Shown here: positions 41,417 to 53,534 of the stretch, one piece after another | Numbering within the stretch: the first letter of the stretch is position 1 | Layout: each line of letters begins with the position of its first letter | Origin: Veleropilina oligotropha | Lineage: Eukaryota | NCBI GenBank assembly: GCA_048128005.1 | Contig: JBEUKZ010000038.1 | Span: forward strand, 1 to 64,000 | Length of the DNA stretch: 64,000 bases | Reading direction: 5' to 3' | Position numbers and translations under genes: made by a program | Notes under the pieces: generated by a model | What the model was told of the DNA's origin: nothing | The model's input: only the letters and a program-made list of their open reading frames with translations | The model's database searches: none

Positions 41417-42330
41417 CTAAATTTATCGAGTTCTTATCGTCGTTGCTAGAACGGGGAATGTCAATTTCCGCAGTCAAAGGCTACCGTTCATGCGTAGCAA
41501 CAACGTTACGGCAATGCCGCGAGCACACCCGCTTGTCTACCGACAAAACAATATCGGACTTCATACGCTCCTATCAACTCGAACGGCCCATTCAGCGAGT
41601 GCGACCGCCCGCTTGGAATGTTTCGTTAGTTCTCAATGCTTTACTTAGAGGCCCGTACGAGCCTATGAGTGATTGTTCCCTTAAAAATCTCACTTATAAG
41701 ACCGTATTTCTTACCGCCCTCGCCACCGGTAACAGGGCCTCGGAGATACACGCTTTATCCGGAGAGCTTCGAGACATACACTTCCACACCAATGGGTCGG
41801 TGATGCTGCATACTGTCCTTGGCTTCCTAGCGAAGACACAACGACCTGAAGATATCAGTCCCGAGGTTTGTATCCGTAACCTCTCCATGCTGGATAGAAG
41901 TGATATCGACCGCCTCAACTGCCCGGTCCGCGCGCTGAGGTTCTACCTGGATCGCACCCGAGACTTACGGCACGGTAAAAAGAATTTATTCGTTAGCCAC
42001 ATGCCTCAATTCCACCGCGACATTCGCAAATCGACTGTATCACGTTGGATAGTCTCTGTTGTTAAGGATATTTACTCTCGGTCCAATGAGCCAGAACGAG
42101 ATCTCGTTTCAATCCACGCGCACGAGACCCGTGCAGTAGCGACTTCCGCAGCCTTCAAATATAATTTGAATATCAATGAAATCTTAAAGGCTTGTTACTG
42201 GAAGAACGCAAATACCTTTGTTCGCTTTTACCTGCATGATTATGCGACCACGGCTAGGGGTGAACATCGAATTTCCTTTGTGGCGGCAGGACAACAATGT
42301 ATCACGGGATCTGGGTCTTCCCGACAGTGA
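40841..42330 (+). CDS. DIRS ORF3 tyrosine recombinase (core uninterrupted; N-terminal extension in 39171-40840 separated by a frameshift)
   Basis: SAM-like N-domain (STTKVYDYRWKKFVDWC...VKGYRSCV). Catalytic-type motifs TGNRASEI, FLAKTQ, CPVRAL, HETR and WKNANTFVRFY (R-K-H-R-W-Y) lie in one open frame to TGA 42330. Confidence 0.9.
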
Positions 42331-43117
42331 TTGGATTATGGAATTTTACCAGACACTGAGGTAATATAATGTAATTCTATTTGTGTACATTGAAATCACC
42401 TTTAGGATTTACTCCAATGTTATTTCTTTCTTAAACTGATTAAGAAATTGAAATTATCTATTCATACTGAGTTAATATGAAGCAATGCCCACATTGGATG
42501 TAAACATTTATATTATTAAATCTTAAAATGTTTTTTTGTAAATAATATTATTTTCAAAATGTTCTCCTTGCTGTCGCAGAACATTTCAATGTGCGTACAT
42601 TGGAAAATTTTAATATTATTCTCTACTTAAAATTATTTAAGTAACATGTATCATGTTGACATTTTGCAAGTTGGACATGCAAAAAATTTATTATTCAAGA
42701 TGAAGTTATTGAAATTTTCTTCAATCTATTGATATTTGTCACGGTTTTATTACACTATCTACCTGCCTAGGTTCGGGTGTTTCTAAAAACCACGTCTTGC
42801 AGTTTTCTGTCTGCCGACCTTTGAGTCCGGAATATTCAGTCCACTGTCTTTGCTCATGACACGAGTGCCTCAAGGTATACCTTCCGCCGGTGTCCGGAGC
42901 TACATGCACTTTCGTGTTACCTGTCCGACTAACATCCCTGGCGTGTTTTCCCAGATTTCTTGGTCGAAATCTCACCTCGGGGTAAGGGTAGATTTGATGC
43001 TCAGTAAAATCCACTCTGAACGGACTCGATCTCAACGCTAAAGCGTCGTCTTCTGGTAACAAGTAAGTTTTAATTTTGGTGTATGGAACTTATAACTCCG
43101 CCAACCAAAGTTATTCT

Positions 43118-43207
43118 TGGCATTAGTAAGGACGTAAGTATATTTGATATAGATATGAGGATTAAGAGTAATCCCTTGTATCTATAATAATATACTTACG
43201 TCCTTAC
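43118..43207 (+). other. DIRS internal complementary region (ICR)
   Basis: 43118-43156 is the reverse complement of the left terminus (36280-36318). 43155-43207 is the reverse complement of the right terminus (43458-43510). The two overlap on AT. Confidence 0.95.
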
Positions 43208-43271
43208 CCACTTGGCCCACCCTGCTTCGCACCTCCCCTCTTATATAAGTTCTTTGTCTTGGGGTTTGCAG

Positions 43272-43510
43272 AAACTTCGGATGAGGTCTTGACCCTTGGG
43301 TCACGAGGATCTCGCGGGAGTTGGCGAGCTCTTAATAGACATGAACTGGAGGAGGTCGAGCAGGTCAGTGGGTCAGCTGGGTTAAATTTACTAAAAAGTG
43401 CAAATTACCATTTCCACCTTGTCCGGATTTAGCGATAATAGGCTTATTATGGCATTAGTAAGGACGTAAGTATATTATTATAGATACAAGGGATTACTCT
43501 TAATCCTCAT
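43272..43510 (-). repeat. DIRS right ITR plus right extension (rE ~43488-43510)
   Basis: 43272-43476 matches the left ITR. CAAGGGATTACTCTTAATCCTCAT is unique to the right end and the ICR. Confidence 0.95.
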
Positions 43511-43747
43511 GTTAGAAGTAATGCTGTGCTTTCCAGCTTTCCATTGATCAGTGAATAATGAAGATAGAAAGCTGAATTTTCAAGTGTCACATGGATCATG
43601 AAACCTTAAGTTTGACATCATGAACCAGCCAGCTAAAGATCAACAAACATGGCTAACCCCTAAATTATACGCTAATGATCTGGCCACTCTCCTTGACACT
43701 TTTTGGAATAAAGTTACAGTTCTCCATAACTGGCCGGAGCATGTGGG

Positions 43748-43829
43748 TTTTACCGGATAAATCAGGCTTTCACCGGATAAATCAGGCTTTCACCGGATAA
43801 ATCGGGCTTTCACCGGATAAATCAGGCTT
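43748..43829. repeat. Minisatellite, 20-bp unit x 4
   Basis: TTTCACCGGATAAATCAGGC repeated four times. Confidence 0.92.
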
Positions 43830-46800
43830 GCCTCCCACGATGACATGAACATGTATCAGTATTCATGACCATAGGTGATATAATTGGATGACTTTTTAAT
43901 TGTATGCACAGTTTTTTTGGTTGGCACCTTTGGATAATATCATAGTCATATATATTTCAGTCCATCGTTGGATCAATAAAGCCAAATGTTACAACAATTG
44001 ATCATGCCATTGTACCAACCAGTATTGTAAGGAGAGGCCATTTGATGATAAATTGCAACTCTTGACTTGAAATTGAAACCAGAGTTTATCAAACACTCCT
44101 CCAATGCTGATGGGCTTTGATTTGACATCACAACTTCCATGTGGTAACAGATTGCTGTGATATGGAGGTATATAAGTGATACTCATCTGTGTGGTTAAAC
44201 AAGATATTCCATAATGGAGAAATTCTAGACCTTCCCTGGGATGGGAATCTGTAGAGCCATGAAAATGCCTAGCCTTTGAGATTTAATATTTCAGAATTTA
44301 ACTTAGCAAATGACAGCCAGTGGATACTTGGGATTCCTCTGTTGAGTTATGGCACTGATAAATCATTTTGAAGACTGCTGCTAGATAGGGATAGGCTTGT
44401 GGGGTCAGCTTCCCCCATTGCTCCGACAAGAGTACATTTTATGTTGTGCAGCAGTGCAACTAGACTAAGTGTAAATTGCAAGATGATGACGAATAGAGTT
44501 GTCTATTCATATATTTAGCCTTTTCATTTTTACTTATGAAACATGGATCCCCCAGTGGTAACGATGGATATGAGTAATTATAAGGTTTCCAATTCATAGT
44601 TGTGACGCCCTGCTTCGCAGGCGTGGGATGAATGAATCATCGACTCTGCATTTTGTGTAGTACTGTAGGCTGTTACAATGGACCATACTTTTCCGGAAAT
44701 GATGGGTTGAATTCACTGGATAATCGTGGATTTCTGCCCGCAATACTATATGGACATATATTTCTGTATGACCATAAATGTCACAATGAGAAAATAAAGC
44801 CCCCAAAGATTCAAAGAGAATGACTGTCTGCCTGTTTGTTTCATTGGTTCAACTTTTGTGTGAAATTATTCAAATAAGCATAAATTGCAAATTAAATATG
44901 ACTAATTGATCAATTGATCACAACATGTTAATATAGTTATTAAGCCTAACATCAACCTCAATTTATGTTTTCATTGGAGAAAGGCTGTAACAAAACTGCA
45001 TTTAATAGGAACGTCTGGCCATCTAATTGCCTTATTACATGTCTCTCTGTGCCAAATCTTATCGAAATTTAGATCTGAAGAAATGACATCAATCTGACAC
45101 CAGAGATCTGCCTGATTTTCTTGTCGATTCCTATTGATTGCCCAAATTTCCAATTTGTTTCCTCTCTTGCTATGCACGCAACGCGATCATTATAATTCAT
45201 ACATGGCTAACTATTCTTCAATCTCATCTAAACATAGACTAGGGAATTTAGAGATAAGCTATGAGAAATTTCAATGGCTGTGAATGCTTACTTGAATGTA
45301 TGATGTATTGTTGCTGTGTTGTTGAAAAGACATTACGGCCCGGTGTTATATATAGTACTTGGCGCTTAGCCGTCTGAAGCCATTATGTGAAGTCGAGTTA
45401 TATGGGACTTAGTACAAGAGTAGGGCTACCTATCCTCCATTGCACCCTAACTTGTATTGACATTTTTATCTTGGCCAATTGATCGACACAGCGCTATGAA
45501 TACCATCTGCAGAAGACAACACTTACTAATGTAAATGATTGTTTTATGTTAATGTTATATATGTAGTATATGAAAGACACATTCAAAGATCAATTTATTT
45601 TGTATTTTATTGTTTATGTGAAAAGATTTTCCATTTAATGTTTATCATGAAAAAATATTGTTCATGGTCCATAGGTGGATATTAAATTAATATTATCTTA
45701 ATTTTGGGAAATAAAAGTTGAAATAAATGACATTTCAACCTGAAGTCTTAGTCTTGGACACCTGATGTTTTGAACGACTTTGAGATGGATATCCCACATG
45801 CATGGGGTGGATGCACACTGCAACTCACCAGGTACCATTGCAAAATTCTTCCACTACATCCTGGTCGACTCCATGTCAGAACGCCATCACTTGACCAAGA
45901 CTTCTAAATGAGCAGTCAAAAAGTAACTTGTTTCAACAATATGTCCCAAAAGTATAAAAATATTTATTCAATGCTAATTATGTCATTGCTTCGCTCTGGT
46001 GCTGACTTGGTAGGAAGACTATAAATCCAATTGAGATATTGAACACATGCCTCATGATATCTTCTTTTTATCATTCTCTCTGTCAAAATATGAAAATGTG
46101 GAAAGTATCAATTAGGTAGTTGTCAAATTTGTAAATTATTGACTAAATTACGAAAAATGTTCTGGTACTGCAATTTATTTTATATATAAATATATAATAT
46201 TATTGTTCTATATATATTCGCCATTCTGTTATTTTGCATTTGATTTTGGTGTATTCATATTTATTTTCCAATTATTATGATTTTTATAACTGTACAATTA
46301 TGTGTTTGTCGTTTGGCATATATTCACAATGTTCCCATCTCCTGGTTAATAATTGGTCAATGTTTGCCTTGCCTGAACATTGCTGTCCATGGGTGCCTAT
46401 TGCTACTGGACATTGACAAGTGACAGACTGCTGCATTATAAATGACCACCATTTTATTCAGCCAACATGGACACCTGTTGGCTGGACAAATCATAATCTG
46501 GTCCTAATTAAGGATAAATGGGCACCTGGTGGATATGCATGTATATGATATTGTATACATGCTAGTACATGTAGCAATGACATTCAGAAATGATGAGATC
46601 CCGAAAAGGGCAGGGCAACTTGCTACATGTGCTGTCAATGCACATTGTAATATTTTCTAAGGCTGCTACTGCATAGCTATGATGTGCTAATAAAGAGCTA
46701 CCTCCCTTAAAAAACCTACAGATACAAATTTGCTAGTTGTAAATGAGCATAGCTGATTATGTGTTCATAATATCATTGTTAATCATATATATTATATTTT

Positions 46801-46976
46801 TCTGCTACAGTACTCCTGACGTTTATGCAATCAATGCTATGCGTGTTATGGAAATATGGTCAAACAGAGACGTTCTTAAAACACGTAGATATTTAAATAG
46901 CTTTTTTGGTTCAATTTAAGCAAGATAATTTTATTCCTTCTAAAATTTATCTTTTTTGTGAATTATCTATTTCCAG

Positions 46977-47081
46977 GACAGTGTAGGATGGGGTTATGTT
47001 TCAATGGTGGCCAGTGTACAGGGGGATACAGCCAGACATGCCGCTGCCCCCCTGGGTTCCAGGGACCACGCTGCCAATACG
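46977..47081 (+). CDS. MEGF6: MEGF6-like protein, coding exon 4 (first EGF-like domain)
   Basis: TCTATTTCCAG| ... G|GTGAGT, 105 nt, phase 1-1. Encodes (R)QCRMGLCFNGGQCTGGYSQTCRCPPGFQGPRCQY: six EGF cysteines, ending in CPPGFQGPRCQY as I recall for MEGF6. Confidence 0.93.
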
Positions 47082-50000
47082 GTGAGTAGTACTGTAATAG
47101 TTCCATTAATACATCCCAGAGTTTCATATCATACAGATGCTCAATTAGGCCACCTGGTAATGGAATGGATAAGCGCAATGCTTGCACTTCAACCAACTTT
47201 ACAATTGAATATTTGCATAAATAATAAAATATTCAGATTTCTATTACTGGAGAATTTTGAAATCAACAAGCAGTTTCTTAATTCTATTACTAATATGTCT
47301 ATGGGATGATAATGTTAACCTCTCACTCATATTTTCTCAGTTTAAGGACATTTCCTGACGTCTTAAAGTTATTGTTAGCATGTGTTTAAATTACAGGATC
47401 CCCCATGAACATTTCACAGAGTAACAAGGTTTTAATTTCAAACATTGACAGTACAGAGTACAATTGCATTTTATGACAGCTCATTTTACCAAAGACACCA
47501 CCTTAAATTCTTAAAGGGCTGTAGGCACTATTTAAATGACCCACATAATTGACTAGAAATCTGTCAGCAATACTTCACACTATGCTGCTCCTCATGAGTA
47601 ACCAAGCTTGACAGACAACCAACATTGGATGCCAAAATAACTAGCATTCTGTGCAGACAAACTTACTTCGAAAAAAAATAAATCTATTTTCCATTTGAAG
47701 CTTAGTATGTTAATTCATTTATTACGTTGCTTTATTATGGAGTGTATACTTTGATGATTAAAATGTGCTTTTTACTTTGATGGTTAATGTTTTCTGTCAT
47801 GAATATATGCTCAGCTTGGTTTCACTCTACAGTTGCAATTCTTGTTGATGGAATATTCAGAAGTTCTTTTATATCACAAAAGATGCCTTTTGAACTGAAT
47901 ATCTTTGGCCCATTCATTTTCGGATAATTTCCTTTGTAGGCCTATAATTATGCTAGAGCTCAGAGGGCTTTTCTATTGTGTGTAATCCCCCAATTTCATG
48001 TGCAACTGGGTGCTGGATTCAGATCGACAAATTCTTTATTCGTTTGCTAGACGTATTATGGCTCGTACTATTTGCCATTGATCTTATCCCGTGAGAACAG
48101 TAGCAGAATTAGAGAGGATTTTCAGCATTGTAGCGTTAGATAAGTTATTTCCTTGAATGTATAAGCTATCTGTAATGGTATGAAACTTGACACAGATTAT
48201 AATTTGAGTATCACAAAAAGATCATCTGTATTTGTGAATAAATACAGAAGACAAGTTTTATGTAGTTGATAAGTGGATTAAAATTATTTAATATATATAT
48301 AATATTTCAAAAGGAAATGCAAATTGCATGAATTATATTTTTAATCTGTAACATGTTCTAATACATGTAATGTAATGTATTTGCATGATGTTAACTATGT
48401 TTCGCATATTATCAGATGATAAAATCTCATGAAGATATCTTCATGTTAATGTAGCATAATTACCTCAGAGGTCAAAAGCAATTTTACTAAAATTAGAAAA
48501 TTTTGAAGGTGAGTATAATAGTTTCTAGCATGTGACCAATTAATTTATGGAAAATTTACATATAAATTCATTTAATATTTATTTGAAGTCACGACCCTAT
48601 TTTGCCAGTATTTAAATTGATGCATCAATCTAATTAATGATTTTGAGTAAAGTCATTCAACGTAACCGCAAGTGTCTACTCATTATGGATTTCCCATCTG
48701 CTTTCGACAGCTGTGTCCTCACATTCAAGAACCATTATCAATAAATCTCCAAAGTAGCTGTCTAAATAGATTACATTCCAGCATTAATAGGCGACCACTG
48801 TACAATACAATCCCCTCAAGCTCATCGAAATTAGTTTACACTTCTCCATAATATTGCTGGGGTGTCCATATTATCTGAACCCAATTGACCAGATGCAAAC
48901 AAAACGATGACACTCTGCCCTTCAGTTGATTATGTAAGACTGGAATATTACATTGAGCACAATGCATTGAATATTTGTAGCATGGCCCTAGTTCTCTTTT
49001 AATACAATCGTTTCACAGTTATTGGCATTCATCGAGGCATGTATAAGCCTGGGTAAATAAACAAGAGTGTTGAATGATATGATACCCTGGGCATATGTAC
49101 ACACCTTTTATCAGCGGACAAATAGCAGCCACGAAGTGTGGTAATCTTTGTCCCATGTTGAGTCATTTTATGAATGACTACAATAGATAGCGTTTCTATA
49201 TGTATAGAAAAATTAGATTGAAGACCAGTAGAAACAATTCAACAGCTGCTATGTTTATTTTTCGGAAACATATATACATTATTATTGTACTTAGTGAACA
49301 GTTTGTAGAATAATGGTAAATATACTTGCAAATAGTCATAATAATATACTCAATGTTTACATTATCAACATTTTATTTTAAAGTTCCACCAATTTTAATC
49401 AAATTGCGAACTTCATAAACTGATTAAACCTGGATTTGAATAAGCAGACCCTGATGTGAACCATGTATTTGCGCATGGCCAGCAGACAGCCTCACCTCAA
49501 GTATTTGTCCACGTCAACATCTGAGAGGAGTTCACTGATGGCGGACATACTGCTTGTCCTTGGCTGGAATGATAGCCTCAACGTTTATTCATCAAAGCAA
49601 AAGGATTTAAATAAAGGATGACCTCTCTTAAATTGAAGATAAATACAGCCATTTTATGGTTTATTGAGCAGATTATATCTGCCCCCTTATCGTTGTAGGA
49701 AATGATTCATTTTATTGCAGACAAAAGAGGATGACGACCGCCAGGGACAGAGGAGACAGTTTTATATTTTATGGAACAATGGCTGCCAAATTAAACGTTG
49801 TAACTTAATCCAACGGCGTAGACTTGTTTATAGCAGATAATCGGTGGCATGTAGCATAAAATAGACGAATTCTGTGCACTAAAAAGGACGACTATAAATT
49901 TAAACAGTCTGGGAAGGTTTCTTTTCCCCATTTTCCATCATCAATTTTATCTTTTGTTCATAGAAGTGAAAAACGTTGAAGTTTACAAGGATTGGTGCAT

Positions 50001-50289
50001 TCGAGGCATTTTTCTGAAGCTACACGCATTTTCTTGAAATATGTATGCTGTGAAGAGTTATCATGCAATATAATCTTGATCCAAGTGTAGCGCACAAGTA
50101 TTGTTTTAAGAATCCCCACTCGATATACAATCTAAATTTTCTTAAAAATATTTATCCGTGCACGTGGGCATTTTCATTCAAGGTGTCCTGTTGTTACCTG
50201 TAAAAACAGCAGAAATAGATTGTAAAAAGCCTTAAAGGTATTAATTATATGAATACCTATTAATCTGTTTTCATCATTCATGATGTATA

Positions 50290-50860
50290 TAATGATGTTA
50301 TCAGTATTGTGTCGATTCTGGCACGTCATATTTTCATATTTGGTATACACCTTGTATACCACCAGGCCTTGCATAAGTTCAAAGATGGGGTCACCGGGTC
50401 AAAGGTCAACGTCGTCTTCGTGTATTTCCAATCTGGACTTGAAAGATTGCTTTCTGTCAAATAGACGACAAACCGCTAGACGTACACCTTTCATATTTGG
50501 TATACACCTTGTGTACCATGAGGCCGTGCCTAAATTCAAACTTGGCGTCATTGGGTCAAAGGTCAAGGTCATTTTCATGTATTTCCATTCTGGACTTCCA
50601 AGATTCCTTTCTGTCACATAGAAGGCGAACCGCTATAACTACATCTTTCATATTGGGTATGCACCTTGTGTACCATCAGGCCTTGTCCAAGTTCAAAGAT
50701 GGGGTCACTGGGACAAAGGTCAAAGTCATGTGAACTATTGTAAAATATAATAGATTCTGACAATTGCTATGAATTTATTATAGAGTTATGGATTATTTAA
50801 TCTCTATGCATGTATTATATACAAAAGGCGGGCCAGTATGAGGAGCATACCTCTAGTTTA
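50290..50860 (+). mobile_element. HINE-like fragment with ~155-160 bp tandem units x ~3
   Basis: TTTCATATTTGGTATACACCTTGT...CAAAGGTCAAGGTC units at ~50332, 50489 and 50646. 3' end GAGGAGCATACCTCTAGTTT (hairpin + CTAGT). Confidence 0.65.
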
Positions 50861-51919
50861 TGTTCTTTAGAGGTAATAAATAGTTTACTTTTTAAAATGG
50901 ATTTTTATCATCAGCTGCTATGATCCAGTTGGGAATGACGTCTCCAGTCAGTTGTCTCCAGTCTAAATAGCTCAAACTGTGCCAAGCATGCCACTGTCAG
51001 ACAGACACCGTATTTGTGACAACTGCACCCTTAGATTTTTTGCACCAAGCATCATAATTGTCTAAATTTCACATCAATAGCTGAGTAAAGTCTAGATGAT
51101 ATGGCGATATATATATTTAGGCTACTTGTTAAATTCACTCTATTATTCACATAAAAAATTTATATTTTAAATTGTACATTGCAATTATTGCTAATATTTG
51201 TGACAGTATCTGACGTTTTTTTGGTTAAATCACGACGCGCATATGAGCCCCTATGTATGCTAAGTGGTCATGATTTAAATATAAATGATATGTGTATATA
51301 AATAAATAGGAATTATGCATTTTAAAAATAGGTCACAGCTGTGCACTGCATAAATAAATAAATCTTAAATTTTTCCATGGGGTCAATACTATTCTGTCAA
51401 CTTCAGTAATAATGTGCATTATTGCAGTATTGTATTTCAAGTGAATGCTATAAATCATTCGCAGAACCTGTCAAATTAAACAGCAATCTGACCTCAATGT
51501 GTTTGTGACATCTACAGAAATGCAGCCCTGATTTGCGATACCTGAAGTTATCTCAGATTTGGGGCCTTTGTCAGCATGCAAGCCGCAGGTGATAACGATA
51601 TTCATGGGTGTTTCTACACATTTCAATGCCGTTTTGATCGCGACATGTTAATTTCACATGCTGGCCATAGAGGCGTGTGTTGGAATGTTGCAAACGGTCG
51701 TGTACTTTCCTGCAAAGGGTTATTATCATGCAAATTTTACTTTCACTGATGCTATATTGATCATGTAATGTTTGAATGGTAACAAGCCATTTGTTATTTA
51801 ATGAAAGCAAATATTAACTGATCTATTTTCTTACGTGGACACTGGTATTTTATCACAACAGATGCTGACTTTAAAAAGCTAAATTAAGTAACCCTTTTCT
51901 CTTTTCAGCATGATCCTTT

Positions 51920-52254
51920 ATATAATAATGTGAAGATTTATCTGCGCTTTCCCACACATACGAGATGTGTGCTCAAAGCGCTTACATTATTATTCCCTGG
52001 TTATTGGCCTGATCATTCAATATTCCTTCTCAACTCTCTCTGAGAGTATTATGGCCAAGTACATGCCTGTTAGGCGCTTGACCAGTCATTCTGCCACTGC
52101 CAACCAGGTACCCATTTAGATCTCGGATCGGCTGGGTGAACCGAGGCAATACATATGCTTAATTCCTTGCCCAAGGGAAGTCGCCGGGATCGGGGTTGAA
52201 CCCCAAACCTCTCGAGTGAGAGGCCAGTGCATCTACCACTGTACCACGGCTGCT
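51920..52254 (-). mobile_element. Near full-length tRNA-derived SINE with Deu/Nin-like core and L2-like tail
   Basis: Minus strand reads AGCAGCCGTGGTACAGTGGTAGATG (A box), GGTTCAACCCC (B box), core CCCTTGGGCAAGG..TGCCTCGGTTCACCCAG..TAAATGGGTACC, and tail AAGCGCTTTGAGCAC..AAGCGCAGATAAAT..ATTATTAT. Confidence 0.85.
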
Positions 52255-53462
52255 ATGTATTATATTAATGGTGCTCGCAGCACGTCTGTGCCACACAAGC
52301 TGATTTTTCATTAGAAGCCGTATTTTCATCGGCACACAAATATCTGTGTACATGTACTACAATTTAAAACTCTGTCGTTGAAAATTGAAAATATGATATA
52401 AAATAGTTATCTGTTAGATTGTTTACCTGTATAACAGTATTAATTATCTTTTGTTTAGATATATTTATACAAATCCTGGTCTGCATGCTTTAAATATCAG
52501 TTTTTGTTTAGGATCCTCAGTTTCTTTCCACTTTAATTTAGAGATAACTTGGTATTTTACTCCTACTTTTAGGGTATAATTATTACAGAGGAAGAAATAT
52601 GTGTACTTGCAAAATTTATCTGTTCACTATCAATCAGCCGCTTGCATAGCCCAAATACAGGGTATTTCCTGGACTGGAATTGATTTATATATAGTTGTGC
52701 AAACGTTGTAATTAATGTCCGAGTGTAATGGTGTGGCACAAAGTAGGATCACATGTAAGCATTGATCATCAGACATGTACTAGTTAGCAAGAACAGACCT
52801 CGCTTCTATACAAATAATTACTTAACATATTTCGTAAATAATTTCTTTAAGGTAAATACATATTACATCGCAATAATGTTTGGAATGTTGGCTTATTACA
52901 CTTAATAAGAGTCTTAAACAGAAAAGCTAATTGGCCATTTTCTTAATGCGCTGTCATGCGCAAGACACTATAGTTGACATTTTGTTGTGAAACGGGAATA
53001 AATGTTATCGCAAAGTCACAAATAATGATGACTTGCATTATCTAATTATCTTTTATTGATATCCAATTATTTTAAATTCACAAAATCCGTGACATATGAT
53101 TGACTTAAATGACGTAATACATGTCCTTAGGGAACCTGCACCGTATATCCAAAGATACTGACGTCACGTGAAGTTTGATAAAATTTAATAACCATCTCAC
53201 AGTCAGTGTCGCATACAGTACGTAATAATATATCGTTTAGAGAGTTATCACCTGCCAGAAAATACATCACCGAAAGGGTTAAAGTAATAGAAGTGATGGC
53301 GGAAAAACTCATCAATCACCCATCACTCTTCATACGAGGCACTCAATCAAGGTTCTGACTACATAGACTAGTACTACTTAAAAATTGTCAAAATGTGGTC
53401 ATAAAACTAAACTGATTCACATAACCTGACACAGTGGTACTTGTGAATTCTTATAAGTTCTA

Positions 53463-53534
53463 TGCAATGCATCCAGGGGTATATTTTGCAATGCATCCAG
53501 GGGTATATTGCAATGCATCCAGGGGTATATTGCA
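53463..53534. repeat. Minisatellite, 22-24 bp x 3
   Basis: TGCAATGCATCCAGGGGTATAT at 53463, 53487 and 53509. Confidence 0.9.

Larger units (their letters stand above)
36280..43510 (+). mobile_element. DIRS1-like tyrosine-recombinase retrotransposon, structurally complete (7231 bp), in intron 3, sense to the host gene
   Basis: Inverted terminal repeats, right-end extension and ICR are all present, with gag / RT-RH-MT / YR frames. GC content is much higher than the flanks. There is no conventional TSD; both ends share an AT core. Confidence 0.97.
35992..43596. mobile_element. Foldback MITE (~370 bp) split by the DIRS insertion
   Basis: The left arm (35992-36121) is the reverse complement of 36233-36279 joined to 43511-43596. 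Confidence 0.85.

Noticed and set aside
40318..42330. 670-aa ORF as a novel RNaseH-tyrosine recombinase fusion protein
   Set aside because: It is explained by a single frameshift at ~40840 that swaps the two overlapping DIRS frames.
43748..43829. 20-bp repeats near the DIRS as a CRISPR-like or element-associated array
   Set aside because: They are head-to-tail with no spacers and lie outside the element boundary.
52170..52254. tRNA gene (also 15390-15484)
   Set aside because: A/B boxes are present, but there is no complete cloverleaf and the heads continue into SINE core and tail sequence.
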